Shown here in pieces: positions 1 to 14,090 of a DNA stretch of 64,000 nt. The notes under the pieces are model-generated. The model saw only the letters and a program-made list of their open reading frames with translations. It had not been told where the DNA came from and did not search any database. A program made the translations under genes and the position numbers. The stretch is from Octopus sinensis (lineage: Eukaryota). Within the stretch, counting starts at the first letter, position 1, and each line of letters begins with the position of its first letter. Location of the stretch: positions 40,982,001 to 41,046,000 of the forward strand of contig NC_043008.1 in the NCBI RefSeq assembly GCF_006345805.1. The letters run 5' to 3'.

Positions 1-194
1 GCAGTCAATATTAATTGATATAGAGATACATTAAGCAAGAAGTAACTATTCAAAGAATTGTTCACTACAATGTTGATGAACAGGTGCTTCCCTATGACTT
101 TTTGAGACAATTTTCACCGTTTTCATTAACCAGATCTGTTGTTAATTTGTACATGTCACTGTCGGAAATGGAAATATGAGAACAACCTAGTCTT

Positions 195-403
195 GTATTT
201 GTTTCATTCATTTCATTGCGGCCATGCTGGAGCACTGCCTTTAGTCGAGAAAATTTTTGTTTGTAAGCCTAGTACTTATTCTATCGTTTTCTTTTGCCGA
301 ACCGCTATGTTACGGGGACCTAATAATTCATCAACATCGGTTGCCGTGCAATGTTGGAGACACAAATACAGACACACAAACACACAAATACACACACATA
401 CAT

Positions 404-437
<34 letters not shown>

Positions 438-667
438 GTGTGTGTGTGTATGTGTATGTCTGTGTGTATGTGTGTGAGTTTGTGTATTTATGTATGTATG
501 TATGTATGGATGGATGTATGTATACACAACAGGCTACTTTTTCATCTGCCAAATCCACTCACAACGCTCTGGTCGGCCCGAGCTTATAGTAGAATACACT
601 TGCCCAATGTGCCACTCGGTGAGATTGAACCCGGAACCATGTGGTTGGTAAGCAAGCTACTTATCAC
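195..667 (-). mobile_element. SINE family A (tRNA-derived, CORE-like domain, internal microsatellite)
   Basis: Homologous to copies at 26723-27164 and 30427-30855; head ..gtagcttg.ttaccaaccacatggttccgggttca.., CORE-like gtggcac.ttgggcaagtgt.ttctact. Confidence 0.85.
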
Positions 668-915
668 AAAATAATTATTGCCGAGATTCACATGATTATC
701 ACCAAATATACAGTGCATGATTAAGTAACACCATGTGATTTTGTATTCTTATTGATCTCTGCGATGTGGTACCTTCTAGTATCGCTATCATTGGGAGGCG
801 TATTAAGCGGTGTCCTCCATTAGAATTTAGAGTCGATTAATGACATTATATATGAAACATTACACGTGGATGGATATATATATGTACATACACACAGACA
901 CACACACATACACAT

Positions 916-1031
<116 letters not shown>

Positions 1032-1172
1032 ACATATATATATATGTGAGTGTCCGTTGAATTAGGCATCTAAATTGTACCAGGTATTCCTGCCGTGTGT
1101 GCAGACAACACAAGCCAGCTAAGTTCGAAGATATCCGCTGTTGATAATTTAGGCCTGTACTATTTATAAAGG

Positions 1173-1211
<39 letters not shown>

Positions 1212-1487
1212 GTCTATCTCTCTCTCCCGTCTCTCTCTCTCTCTAGTTTTATATATACATATGTGTTTGTGTATGTATTTATTTGTATTTATACTCAAAT
1301 ACATAAGCGGGTACACATGTGTAAGTAATCCTGCGTGCGCATAAGAGGGACTTAGAGAGAGAGAGGCAGAGAGAAAGTGTGTGCATTTCGATCCTGACTC
1401 AAATGTATGGTGAGTAATGGGTACAATTGAAAATATACAAAGATTGGACATGGGACCGCTGCTATCAGCTATGGATATTAATAATGA

Positions 1488-2330
1488 CTAACAGGACCCG
1501 TGAATATTTCACGGAATTATCAGTAAACCTAATGGGTCTTGAAAACTTAAATAAAAAAAACCTAAAATCGTAGCCTCTGTCGTGTCTGTATCAGAAGAAA
1601 ATTGGTCATCTACCAATTATTGAAAAGCATTAGGCAATTAGAATACGAGGATTACTTAATGCATTTTATATATATACTTTATATACTTTATGCACAATTT
1701 TATAGATTTATTTCACAGCACTCCTAAAATAAATATTCACTCTTATTTTTCCATGTTTTCCAAAAAGACAAAAATAATTACATTTTAAAATTTACTTGGC
1801 CACAATTTCATATCTAAAAAACAAAAAATTTATATTAAAAAAAATATTTTATATGTAACATATAAGGGTTGCAATATCACGGGGGTAAAAATTTTAAGGC
1901 AACAAGGCATACTCTGAAGACCACATCGCTGGTAACTTATAAACTAAGGCGATGGGTCAGAGCCAATACACATTTCAGTTCGAAAACACTCTTCAATCCA
2001 ATATTGCTTTGCAGTCTACGTTCTTCGTGTAAGTTCTCCTCTTTTCCCTTGTTTGTCAGTGTTGATAACTTTAACTCTCACATCAGAAAATATGTGAACC
2101 TTTGAGAATACAGCATGCCGACAATGGCCAAATACAGGTTCAGGTAAGATATTATCAAATATCTGCCTTTGCAATTTATTGATAGTCATTGCATATGACA
2201 GGCGAAGAGGAAACTGGCTTCTTTCTAAAGGGAATGGTAAGTTTGGGATGCGCATGCTTTAAATGATAAGTGATATAAAAAAAAGATTACTTTTCACTAT
2301 GCATTCACCATCGCCTCCTCAAACACCACC
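1488..2330 (-). mobile_element. Helitron 3' remnant (PIF1-type helicase C-terminus plus terminal hairpin)
   Basis: Minus-strand translation LPFPLERSQFPLRLSYAMTINKLQRQ...LPEPVFGH...FSKV, then frameshifted YTKNVDCKAILD*, matches Helitron helicase motifs (QFP.RL.YAMTINKSQGQ; TKNVVYKEIL). Hairpin CCGTGAA-TAT-TTCACGG at 1498-1514 is followed on the minus strand by ...TTAG|T (degenerate CTAG end). Confidence 0.85.
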
Positions 2331-2379
2331 ACAATCATCTCTCTCTTTCTCTCTCACACTTTCTTTCTCTCCGACTCTC

Positions 2380-2422
<43 letters not shown>

Positions 2423-3500
2423 CTTTAATCACATCATCAGAACATCAACCCAATTATATTCCTAACATTCCTGTGTATCACAACCATCGACTTACTTTTT
2501 TTAACCAAGAAATAAACATTACGTTCCCCCTACCACATCGCATGGACGCTTTTCTTTCTCTCTTTTTTTTCTTTTCCTCTTTTCATCTCTCTCTTTCTAC
2601 CTCACTCTTTGCTTTATCCGCTTTTTCTATCTTCCTCTTTTCTCTCTCCCTCTTTTACTCTAATCATGTGAAATCGTTAGAGGCAAGCTAAGTAACGTAA
2701 AGACCAACAGAATTATTATTAGATAACTGTACAACAGAAATATTCTGGTTATATAATGAAACTAACGCTTATTATTTAGGCGGTGGCCTGTCAGAATTCT
2801 TACCACAATGCATTCAGCTCTGAGTTCGAAAGACGGCGGGGATGACTTTGCCTTTCATTCTTTCGAGAATGATGGAATAAATACTAGTTGAGCACTGGGG
2901 TCGATATAATCGACTATCCTCCTATTCCAGAATTCCAGTGGTAGTGCGCTGTAGCGTTGAGCCAGTTGTCTGTATTTCATTGGTGTAAAGTGATCCTTGT
3001 TCTTGATCATCATCTGTCTACAACTTCGCCCCTGTATTCAGAGTATAGAGCTTAAATATATATATAAGGAGGTGATAAGAAGCCAAAAGGGTATGCTCCC
3101 ACTTTCAGTGTTCCCAAATCAGAATCAAGGAGTTCTGAGCTGACGAAAGAAATGTCGATTTGACTAATCTAGAAACGTACGTTCTCAAATAACCTTTCCA
3201 CTTGTGATTTTTTTAATGTTTTTACCCCCATACCTTCGTGAGTTGGTTTGAGCAAACACTATCTGAGAGAGATTTTCTTTAAGTATTAGAAATAGCTAAA
3301 ACGATTTTTTTAGCTGCTATTTCTATGAGTTCAGTATGTGGCAAAGTAATTTATTTTACTAAGCCCTTTTATATATAATGTATATTTTGAATTCGCCTTA
3401 AATGGTCCCTTACATACTGAATACTTGGTGAAATTGATTAATAATTAATTAATTTTACCCTCAATTGTTGAAATTATATATATATATATATATATATATA

Positions 3501-3666
3501 CTAAATTTAAAGGACTGACCACTAAAAGTAGACGGTCAATATGCTAGATATAGACGTCAAAATCGCTATTGTCCACGAAGACACATTCTTCAAGAAAATA
3601 GCGATTTTGACGTCTATATCTAGCATATTGACCGTCCACTTTTAGTGGTTAGTCCTTTAAATTTTG
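3501..3666. mobile_element. Foldback MITE-like element with 68-bp inverted arms
   Basis: Arms 3503-3570 and 3597-3664 are reverse complements with 2 mismatches around a 26-nt loop; flanked by TA on both sides. Confidence 0.8.
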
Positions 3667-3771
3667 TATGTAAAAAATATTTTAATCTTCGGATATTTTT
3701 AATATGCTGGCCACTGGTTTTAATTGATTAATATCAATTTCTACCCTTATTCAATTATATATATATATATA

Positions 3772-3816
<45 letters not shown>

Positions 3817-4691
3817 TATACATATATATATATACACGAAAAATGAGAAATTGTTAAAAGTGCGTCAAGTTTCTCTTCGTATATATTATATAAATAAAGC
3901 GAGAGTCTTAAGTACATAAGATGTATGCATACATATAGGAAAAATGAACAATCGCATGCTGCTCGAGAGGAAAATAAAAGTCGTATGTTACTTCGATAGG
4001 TTTTACTGTATAATTCCATGGGGTTTGCGACAGAAAGTTATTTTTTATTTCTAGTAGAGTAAAAACATGCCATATTCAACTAACCGGCATCAGTTTTCAC
4101 TGATTTCGGCTATACACACATGTACACAGACACACACACACAGACACTCAAACGCACACAGACAAACATGTGTAGAATATATAAATTAAATGTGTGAATA
4201 ATATATTCTTGAAGAATATAACGATCTTTTTTTAACGACGTTGTTTGATATACGTAAAATAACACGTTTTTTGCCTCATGTACAAAGGATAAATTAATCG
4301 TTCATTTCTAACATAGTCTAATTATATCATCATGAATATGTATATATTTAAAATTGCTAAATAATGTAGGATAGCTCATTATATTGAATTAACATAAAAT
4401 GTATACAAGTTTAGCAGTTAGGAAATGTTTCAAACAGGAGTTAAACGACGTAAACATACTAATCTCTTTTAAATATATAGCGTGTTCTACAATTATTATA
4501 AAGATAGTTGATAATGGGAAAATTAATCGAAAGTTTCAACAGATGATCAGAATGTATACAAATCACAAATAATCAAAAACGATTAAAATTATGTTTTGTA
4601 AAAACTATGAATAAATACAAATATAGGCATTAATTTGGGCGAAAAACAATGTGCAATAAAGTACATATACATGAGAGCAACATTTAATAAG

Positions 4692-4777
<86 letters not shown>

Positions 4778-4919
4778 AGTGTGTGTGTGAGTGTGTGTAT
4801 AAAACAGTTTCATTCAAAAAATGTTCTCTTATATCTATTAATGTGTGGGGATATGTGTTAACATATATAATAAAAAGAACCTACGTAATTTTTGTCCTCT
4901 TATGCATATTTATATATAT

Positions 4920-4977
<58 letters not shown>

Positions 4978-5043
4978 CATGTAAATAATAATGAAAATAA
5001 TGACAACAACCTATACTAATAATAATAATAATAATAATAATAA

Positions 5044-5095
<52 letters not shown>

Positions 5096-5384
5096 TAATA
5101 ATACAAACAATAATACAAACAATGAACTATATATCAGTTAGAATTTAGTTATCCATAGTCTGATATCAGACTATGGATAAATAAATTACAACAGGTATAT
5201 AGCCCATTGTTTGTTCCATAGTGCATTATTGTACCATTCAAATCTTTTTATTCTTTACAAACAATACACAATGCGCCAATCGAACTACAATACTCGCCAA
5301 TAATAATAATCCAATAGAGAGGGCCTGGTATTTAGCTCGTTTTTCGATACTTCTCATATTTACTTTTTCATCATTCTTGACCTT

Positions 5385-5637
5385 ACAGTCCCAAATGATG
5401 AAAAAATAGATATGAGAATTATATAAATAATAGCATTGTACCAGGACATAGTTATTGAATTACAGAGACTATAATAATTGCGGATACAATGTATGCATGT
5501 AGTTAGAGCTGCATTAGGAACTATCCCTAAAGATCTGAACAGATGGGTAGAAGAAATAGGCATAAAATTTATTTTAGTAGCAGGAAACAGTGTTATTAGG
5601 GATAGCTAGGATACTCAGGAGAGTTCTTGATGTCTAA
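5385..5637 (+). mobile_element. R4/Dong-type RLE non-LTR retrotransposon, C-terminal fragment
   Basis: Degenerate translation ..DLTVPNDEK..ALGTIPKDLNRWVEEIGI..LLGIARILRRVLDV*, typical of the end of the restriction-like endonuclease domain. Confidence 0.72.
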
Positions 5638-5639
5638 CA

Positions 5640-7140
5640 AAAGCGAGCCTCACAAACGGAGCCCACACACGCTCACCGTCCAGAAATCGTTTCAGGTGGC
5701 GTAACCTAAAAGCGCTTCTGCTCATTAAGAGCCCAAGTGCCAACCTTTTCTCTAATGCCTTGGCCAAAATCTTAAACTCTGTGTCTGGCAGAGTTATGGG
5801 TACAAAATCTCCTAGTATGTTTCCATTGTCAGCGTCCTTCATCAGCGGTTTCGCCACACCTCGGCTAACAGCACTAAGAATTCTCTCGTTCTGTTGTCAG
5901 TTTCGGTAGATGTCTACCAAACAAATCTGGTATTAATACATGGTATTCACAAGGCAGGCTATTCAAAACCAAACGATCTGCGACGTGTGCAATCACTTAA
6001 CGTCTCCTGAAATTCAGCAGCTGTTAACGGCCTTTCACATAACCTTTCATCAGCTGCCGAGAGCCGTGATAGGCCATCCAGATACGAACTAAAGACAACT
6101 ACCGTCATCGACACATCGCCCTCCCCAAACAGCAACGCGAAATGCTGTTGGAAAGCTGTACACATCTGCTCAGAGCCGAGTAGCACGCGCCCTTCAAAGA
6201 CCCGATTGTGGTTTTGTTTCCACGTCGCTTCTCCGCCGTTTGGGCTTAAGGGACAGCTTTAGTTCCTTTATGTTTGAGCAAACAGGCCTTAGCTTTCGCA
6301 ATTCAACTTTCTTGCATCGCTTCGAAGAAATGGTTAAGAGTGATTCTCAACGCTAACAAGTCAGTCGCGATGTCCTTTCTAATGGCCTCTTCTAATTTGC
6401 TAACTAGTTCACCCTTTAATCTATTCCTTTCTATTGCCAACACTTGCTAAACGCTATCGACTCTCCTCTAATCCACCTCTTCAGGGAGGCCCACCACCTG
6501 TTGTTGACGATCACCCCTCAACTGCCATTCTTCTAGTTCACTACTCCAGTCCCTGCAGTATTTGGGTGCCGGAAAGAACGCATTTCAGTGCCTGTAACCG
6601 GGTCCTTGTCTAGGGGTTCTATCTAACTCGACTGTGTGGTCTCTCTAGTCGACCAATTTAAGTTGTGAACAAGCTACTATATCCGTATCCATTGACCTAA
6701 CAAGTACTCTATCTACATAATATCTGGATATCCCATTGTGGTTGCTCCATGTCCTCATTGGCACATCAGAAAAATCCAGTCGATTCCTATCAGACAATTG
6801 GAAGTGTCTGAGTAGCTTCTCGAGGCTTTTGCACACCTCTCTACTATATATCAGCTCCACACAATCCTTTCCTACATCTAAAATCACACTCCTAGTCTCT
6901 ACTAGGACTAAACATTCCCAGGAATATTGCTATACGCCTAAATAATTCTGGCCTACCAGCCCTTGTTAGGACATATGCGACCACCAGTCTCAGGTGCCAC
7001 ATTCACTACCATTCACATATAGGAACCTCAACCTGCCGCCCGGTTGCAAGAAGCTACCTTTTACCTCGAGATCTAAGGATTTTCGGAATAACACTGCTAC
7101 TTTATCGCCTGCGCCCGACTGATCATCTATGATAAGAATA
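5640..7140 (-). mobile_element. Tx1/L1-type LINE ORF2 fragment (AP endonuclease to start of RT), decayed
   Basis: ORF pieces ..TWSNHNGISRYYVDRVLV.. (APE SRIDR-like motif), ..ERPLTAAEFQETL.., and ..VPITLPDTEFKILAKALEKRL (RT RPITLLN.DYKILAK motif); many stops and frameshifts. Confidence 0.85.
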
Positions 7141-7334
7141 TCTCATAGTCATGGAAAATAGGCGCATGTGCTTGCGCATGAGAAAGCCTTCTATCGCTAA
7201 TTGTAGCAGCCACATTTAAATCGAACTACTGAACATTCGCATCTGAAAACGACCATGTTTATCGGAGAAGCAAAATGGAAGAAGGTCACTTACGTTGGAT
7301 TTTGATACGGTCAGCTGATTCAGCTGCCTCGACT

Positions 7335-7585
7335 AAAGCATTATCATTAATGAAGGGCATTCCCAAAGTCCTTTTGTCCAAGACAACTGCTTTGCTGGGG
7401 ACAGCTAAGATTTTAAGATTGACACTCGGATGTTGAATATCTGCCGGGATAATTAACAATCAAGTACCAAAGTTTATAATGTGTGGAAAGAGTCCCTGTG
7501 AGACCTTTGACTGCAACCTCCTGTCCATTCTCGCAGAACCTACCAGAGCAAACAAGATCGAGCGCTCTGAGAAGTAAACAATAAT
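7335..7585 (+). mobile_element. R4/Dong-type RLE LINE 3' end with 3' UTR
   Basis: GIPKVLLSKTTALLGTAKILRLTLGC* followed by UTR-like sequence ending in acaataat. Confidence 0.65.
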
Positions 7586-7771
7586 AGCCATGGTATGTTT
7601 ACGCAGTTTCAAAGGATAAATAAAGAAACAGGCATAAATATACGTAGTAAAGAAAATAATTTGATGTTGGATACAAAATTAGATATCTACAGCGTACAAT
7701 AAATTTTAGTAAAAACAACAGCATTGAAATAAACGTTGAATATTAAAAAACAAAAAAACTGACTGCAACGA

Positions 7772-8160
7772 ATGATGATCATGACGATGATAATGATGAC
7801 GACAACGAAGACGACAACGACGACGGCGGCGAAAATGATGATGTTGATTATGATGATGACGATGGTGAAGGGGACAATGATAATAAGGATGATGATGATG
7901 ATGATGATGATAACGATGATGGTTGTGTTGGTTGTGGTGGTGGTGGTGGTGGTTGTGGTGGTGGTTGTGGTGGTGGCTGTGGTGGTGGTGGTTGTGGTGG
8001 TGGTGGTGGTGGTTGTGGTGGTGGTTGTGGTGGTGGTGGTGGTTGTGGTGGTGGTGTGGTGGTGGTGGTGGTTGTGGTGGTGGTGGTGGTGGTGTGTGGT
8101 GGTGGTGGTGGTGGTGGTGGTTGTGGTGGTGGTAGTGATGATGATGATGAGGAGGAAGAA
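7772..8160. repeat. Compound (GAT)n/(GGT)n trinucleotide tract
   Basis: Seen directly; source of the poly-V/W/P ORFs. Confidence 0.95.
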
Positions 8161-8999
8161 ACTAATAAGAATCTAGACAATATTAAAAAACAAAAAACAA
8201 ATAAGAATCTAGACAATATTGTTCCCCCTAAAAAAAAGCCCAACTGCAACACAATGCGTTGAAGCATCGAAGCGAATAGAGTAAAGGGTCCTTTTTTCTT
8301 CTTTTTCAGCGTTCCCGTATTAGTATTTTACCCTTTCATACAATAGCACACCTATATACACTTGGAATAACCGAGATATTATTACACGATCAATTCATTA
8401 GAACGTACACGATATTTATAGCTTAACCAGAAAATATTAAATTCAAATTCTCTAATTGGCTTCAATGTATTATTATAAATCTTATTTTCTTTAATATATA
8501 TTGTCAAAACATTTTATTATACAAACATAAATATTGTCTTCATTATATCTCATGTAGTAAGTAGATAAGCATACACGTAGCCATAGCCTCACTCATACAT
8601 AATTATAATTGAACGTCACTGTTTATATCGCAAATCTAGTTTCATACTACAATGTTCCCCAGGCGAAAATTTTGCAACTCGGATTTTGTAGAATATTCGT
8701 TGCTTGGATGTATTATTTTTTTAATATTCGAAAAATTTTATAATATAATATTACAAGACATTGACATATATCTTATAACCCGCATCGTTTCTAGTTATTC
8801 AAAACATAAATACATTTATTCTATGTCATTCGATCATTCATCTAAGCTGTACATACATGAGTATGTGTGTGTCCCGTATGTGTGTGTGTGTGTGTGTGTT
8901 TCTGTGTGTGTCTGCGTGAGTGTGTTTCTGTGCGTTGGCATGGGTGTGCTTTGCGTTTCCTAGTGGACAGTCATTTTGAGTCTCTTCCTTTGGTTATTG

Positions 9000-9900
9000 G
9001 TTTACCGCACCGTGATTATGTCTTGTGTTTCTTGCCTTTCATCTAAAGTATTTCTTCGTTACAATTATGTAATTTTCTTTTTTTTTTTTTCGTTTTCGTC
9101 ATTTTTCTTTTGGTATGCAAAAGTTCAGAAAAGTTCAGCACAGCAACACACCTTCCCCGAAAATACGGCCGAACATATCCACATACAACCCCAGAAACAA
9201 AGAAGCCTTCACCATCATCACCTAAATTTTACCAATGCTACATAAGGCTCCCAAATTAAAGGAAATTTTAAACATATATAAAATCATTAAAAGCTACGAA
9301 CAACTGAAATCACTAAAAAAGATCCTCACAAAGGCAAAATTATTTTCTGAGTTAACGGATTCATAAGATTGCATTCCCAGTATACAGAATGATATCCTTT
9401 AGTGAACATATTGAGAAATGCGCAAAGCAACTACCACAATACCACAATTTATAATCTTTCCATTTTATTAATGTGCTATTGGAACACCAACACAAGTTAG
9501 ATTAAACAAGAAACCCTTCTTCATTGAAAAATATGAGCTAAAATTTCACCATTTCTAACATTTTTAAATAAGGAAATTCATCTCATTTTTTAAAAAAATA
9601 AGGCAAAACCTAACCACATTCTATTCCTTCTAAACTAAATCATGTTTAATTATCACCCTTATACCGGAAAAATCCCTGATTGTCTTCCCCTGCTTGGAAC
9701 TCCATATTTCACAACATAACGAAGACATGACAAGACATGACACGATGCAGGTAAAGAAATTTAAGAAATTTTAAAAGAAAATACAAAACCGATTATTTCT
9801 CCAAAGTTTGCATACCAAAAACTATCTTACAATAAACAAAATTTTATAACATTATTCCATCATAACGGCTTAAATATATTCTTTAACCATATAACACAAT
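9000..9900 (+). mobile_element. Penelope-like element fragment, highly decayed
   Basis: Translations ISTYNPRNKEAFTII and KIIKSYEQLKSLKKILTKAKL (RT-to-GIY-YIG linker) and PQFIIFPFY (end of GIY-YIG). Confidence 0.6.
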
Positions 9901-9927
9901 CCTTCTATAGTTTTTTCACTCCTTTTT

Positions 9928-9958
<31 letters not shown>

Positions 9959-10793
9959 GGCAGGCCTCTTCGGCGTTATCGCCTGAGTACCATTTTAAAT
10001 GCCTGTATACATATGTCTTTGATTATAGAAATAAGAAATGAGCATAGAGTTGGAATATTAATCGTAATATAGTGCCAAGTTTATTTATCTGTGCGAAGAA
10101 GGCAAACCTCGCAATGCTTAGTGATAATATCCAAATAAGTACTTAGAAACTCTCACTAAAGATTGTCAGTCGTTTCTACCCTTCCTCTTGACGAGTGTGT
10201 TTAAACTGCTACTTGATTACTTTCACGAACATGATTGAACAGTTACAAATTTGAGTTCAAGCACGAAATATAATTATATTGCTATATACGCATAAATTAA
10301 AGAACACAATAATTATATATCATCCCCCATGGCGCGGATTTCGAGAAATCTCATGACTTTATGACGACATCCAACTCTATTATTAATTGAGCGGGGTGGT
10401 TTGCGTCATGATAAATCATTAGTTGATGACAAAATCATGGACGCCGCTCCTGTGGATGCGTTGCACTAATTTTCTTGATATAGCTTGGTAGTCCTGGCCG
10501 TTGATCTAATATTCATCCGTTCAACATCAATTCAAAGAAGTACGGTTGACTCAGATGAGCTCTTCCGCTGCCTATTCAGAATTCGCGTATGAATTGTTAC
10601 GGGCCAGCCTTTCGCTAGGCGTAGCACACGTTCAGCCGTCCAGCTAGAGATATGTTGGTGTTATGGGAGGCAATAACGTGGATTATGAAGGGGATTCTTT
10701 AAATATACGTGTGTGTGTGTGTGTGTTTGTGTGTGCTTGTTGTGCGTCTGTGCATGCGTCTCTGTGTATATACATACACGCACATATATATGC

Positions 10794-10826
<33 letters not shown>

Positions 10827-10998
10827 ATATTATATATATAGTATAATATATGTATGTATTTATACATACACATATATATATAATAATATATTATGTATAT
10901 AATATATACATATATATGTTTATATATAGGTATATATGTATGTATATATATATATATATATAATATATATATGTATGTATAAATACTATACATATTTT

Positions 10999-11068
<70 letters not shown>

Positions 11069-11078
11069 TATATATTGA

Positions 11079-11240
11079 GGCGCAGGCATCGGTGTGTGAA
11101 ATGAAGTTTCGTTCCCAATCACATACTTCCGAGTTCAGTTCCAAGGCGTGGCAATTAGGCGAGTCTCTTCTACTATTGCATCGGACCGACTTGCGATTAG
11201 ATACGGTAGACAAAAACTGGAAGAACCCTGTCGTAAACAC
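11079..11240 (+). mobile_element. SINE family A, diverged 5' half
   Basis: Degenerate head plus core ending in (CA)n(TA)n. Confidence 0.7.
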
Positions 11241-11268
11241 ACACCCACACACAGACACACAGACACAC

Positions 11269-11349
<81 letters not shown>

Positions 11350-11428
11350 CGGCAGTAACATTTAATTGGTTTTAGAGTCAGATTTGGCTGCTATTTTCAG
11401 TATGGCGGTATCTCGTTGAAACCCTAAA

Positions 11429-11470
<42 letters not shown>

Positions 11471-11670
11471 TATATATATATATATGCACGCATATATTTA
11501 TACACACACACATACAGACATGCAGATTTATGTGCATGTATGTGTGCGTGTCAATGTGTATGTCTGTTGGTAAGTGAGTGTGTAAGTGTGGGAGAGAGAG
11601 AGTGCGAGAGTCAATCGATTGTTCGAAATGCGACACAAAAACAGAGAAATGCGAGTTCAAAATGTATTAC

Positions 11671-11742
<72 letters not shown>

Positions 11743-11789
11743 CATTATTATTATTAATATTAGTATTATTATTTCTCCTTCGTAACATA

Positions 11790-13225
11790 GTGTAGGCAAC
11801 AATGCAACGGAGTCTTTAGTCATCTGTCAAGTCACAAAAAGGAACTCAAACAGATAATACTTTCCTTAGAATATGTGGTCTGCTCAATAAGGCTGCTTTT
11901 TGCAAGCCATCAATCTTGCATGGGATTTCCACTTGCCTTAAGAAGTTTTGGATTTTAAATGTGATTGAGCCCAACTGCTATCACTTTACAGTCTCGCATT
12001 CCATTTCCACTTTCGATTCGGAGTACTTGGCGATTTTTACACCCCTTTTCTCTTTTCTCTGTTCTTTGGTTTAGCTCTTCCTTGCCCAACATTTCATCTG
12101 CATTTACGCCCGTATCTTTCGCGGCATATTGCAGCAGGTCTTCACTATTCATCAAAACTTGGCTAGCGCTCTCCTTTCACTACTTATACCATGGTCTATA
12201 GTAATTAGTCCTCTGCCACCATTCTTTCTTTTCATATACAGTCAGTTTACATTTGCTTTAGGGTGTAGCTCACCATGCAGCGTCATCAACTTTCTCGTCC
12301 TTCAATCCAGTGTTGATATTTCCTCCTAATTCTATTTAAAGACGGACGCATTATATCTGACCACTGCAACTGCCTAGATATTCCTTGCACTAATCAAATT
12401 TTTGGCATTTTTTGATACGCTTAACTGACCCTGACTTTCATTTCTTTGTGTAAAATGTCATCCAACCCCCAAATCCCTAAATATCTAGACCCACAACCAT
12501 CGGGTTCACCCATGGTCTCTCTCTTGATGATAAACGCAATCCTCTACAGGCTGCTTTCTTCCTTCTTTTCATATTAAGTACTGAGCAGTTAGTAATTCCA
12601 AATTCCATATCGATGTCCGCACCACACTTCCGGAATGTTTTGGTTGGGTAATCTATCTGTTTTTCGGATTTCTCAAATAATTTCAGTTCATCTATAAACA
12701 GAAGATGGTTAAATGATGGGCCTCTTTTCCCACATCGGTAACCAATCTTAACTTTCCTAAGTGTTATTGTTATGAGTGTTATTGCAATTACAAAAAGTGA
12801 CGGAGAAAACGAGTCACCTCGGAAGATTCCCCTTTTAATATTAAGTTCTCTAAGGAATACATAATATGAGTCCATTTTGTTTTTCCATGCTTTCATGTAA
12901 TGCGTCAGAAAATTGGTGATGTCGGCAACACCAAACATCTACAGGCATTCAACGACCTAAGAATGAGACACCATATCACATGCCTCCTTAAAGTCAACCC
13001 AAGTCATAGACATGTTTGTATGCCTCACAACTGTTTTATCGATGACCAGGTGACCCTTAGTTCCATGAGAACTCTCCATGCATCCTTTTTGTTCCCTTGG
13101 TAGTATTTCTTCCCGTGCCATTTAAGTGTAGGTCTTTGTCGCTCAAATTATCTGTATCTACCAGATTATGTTTAGGCCTGCCATGGGACGTTAGCTTCCC
13201 CCCAATATTCCCCCTCCTTCTATCT
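11790..13225 (-). mobile_element. R4/Dong-type RLE LINE, reverse transcriptase fragment
   Basis: ORF 12477-12938: NIKRGIFRGDSFSPSLF..FNHLLFIDELKLF..DIDMEFG (degenerate QGD.LSP and YMDD motifs). Confidence 0.85.
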
Positions 13226-13319
13226 TTCATTACAAGTATTGTCCACCACAGTCACCACCCACTTTTTCTTTATGGACACACTCATTCAAATGGGTTGCCA
13301 GTATTTCCATACACCGCGT

Positions 13320-13331
13320 AGCGTCATCATT

Positions 13332-13369
<38 letters not shown>

Positions 13370-13398
13370 TATTATTATCATTATCATTATTATTATCA

Positions 13399-13449
<51 letters not shown>

Positions 13450-13463
13450 TTATTATTATTAAT

Positions 13464-13498
<35 letters not shown>

Positions 13499-13505
13499 TA
13501 TTATT
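13320..13505. repeat. Compound (CAT)n/(TAT)n tract
   Basis: Seen directly. Confidence 0.95.
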
Positions 13506-14090
13506 CACTACTTCGAAAATATAACATTGTCGATGGATTGCTAGGTGGTTTATATGACGGAGAAGGAGAAAATAAAATTTAAAGTAAATCGAATATAACT
13601 ATACTCTCTTCTGGATCCATCCTATAATCCACTTAGCAAAGAAAAAAAAGACCCTATTCTTTTTAGCGGCCATGGAAGTATATACTTTATACTATCTTAT
13701 ATGAATATAAAGTTCAACGTCGATTCAGCAGTTCTTGAAATAAAAATTAGAACTTTTAAGTTGAACTAATAAAAGTTATATATATTTTGCTTTTTATTCT
13801 TGGTTCGTTGCTCTAATATATAATTTTCAAGTTAATGTACAGTTCTTTGAGTTAGAATTTTTTTTCTTTTGCCAGAAGAGGATCTAGGATTATTTCTTCT
13901 TTCAGGGTCAAAGACTAAACAAAATATATAACAAAATATAAAAGATCAATGCATTGTTCTATAAGCTTTATGTTCCCCATTTGTAGTTTATTCAGCTTGC
14001 GGTTGTATGGCGCCAAGACTTCCCTATAATTCTTCATTCAAGAGAAGCATTACATTAGGTTATATTTCCCAGTTGGTGTTCTTCACTTAC

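Noticed and set aside
3234-3262. 29-nt minus-strand micro-exon (IVFAQTNSR) continuing the gene after 14091
   Set aside because: Phase fits, but it lies in sequence resembling a dispersed repeat (similar to about 43130-43180); too short to support.
7294-7332. 39-nt minus-strand exon with GTAAGT donor (SRQLNQLTVSKSN)
   Set aside because: Wedged between two LINE remnants with a weak acceptor; indistinguishable from chance.
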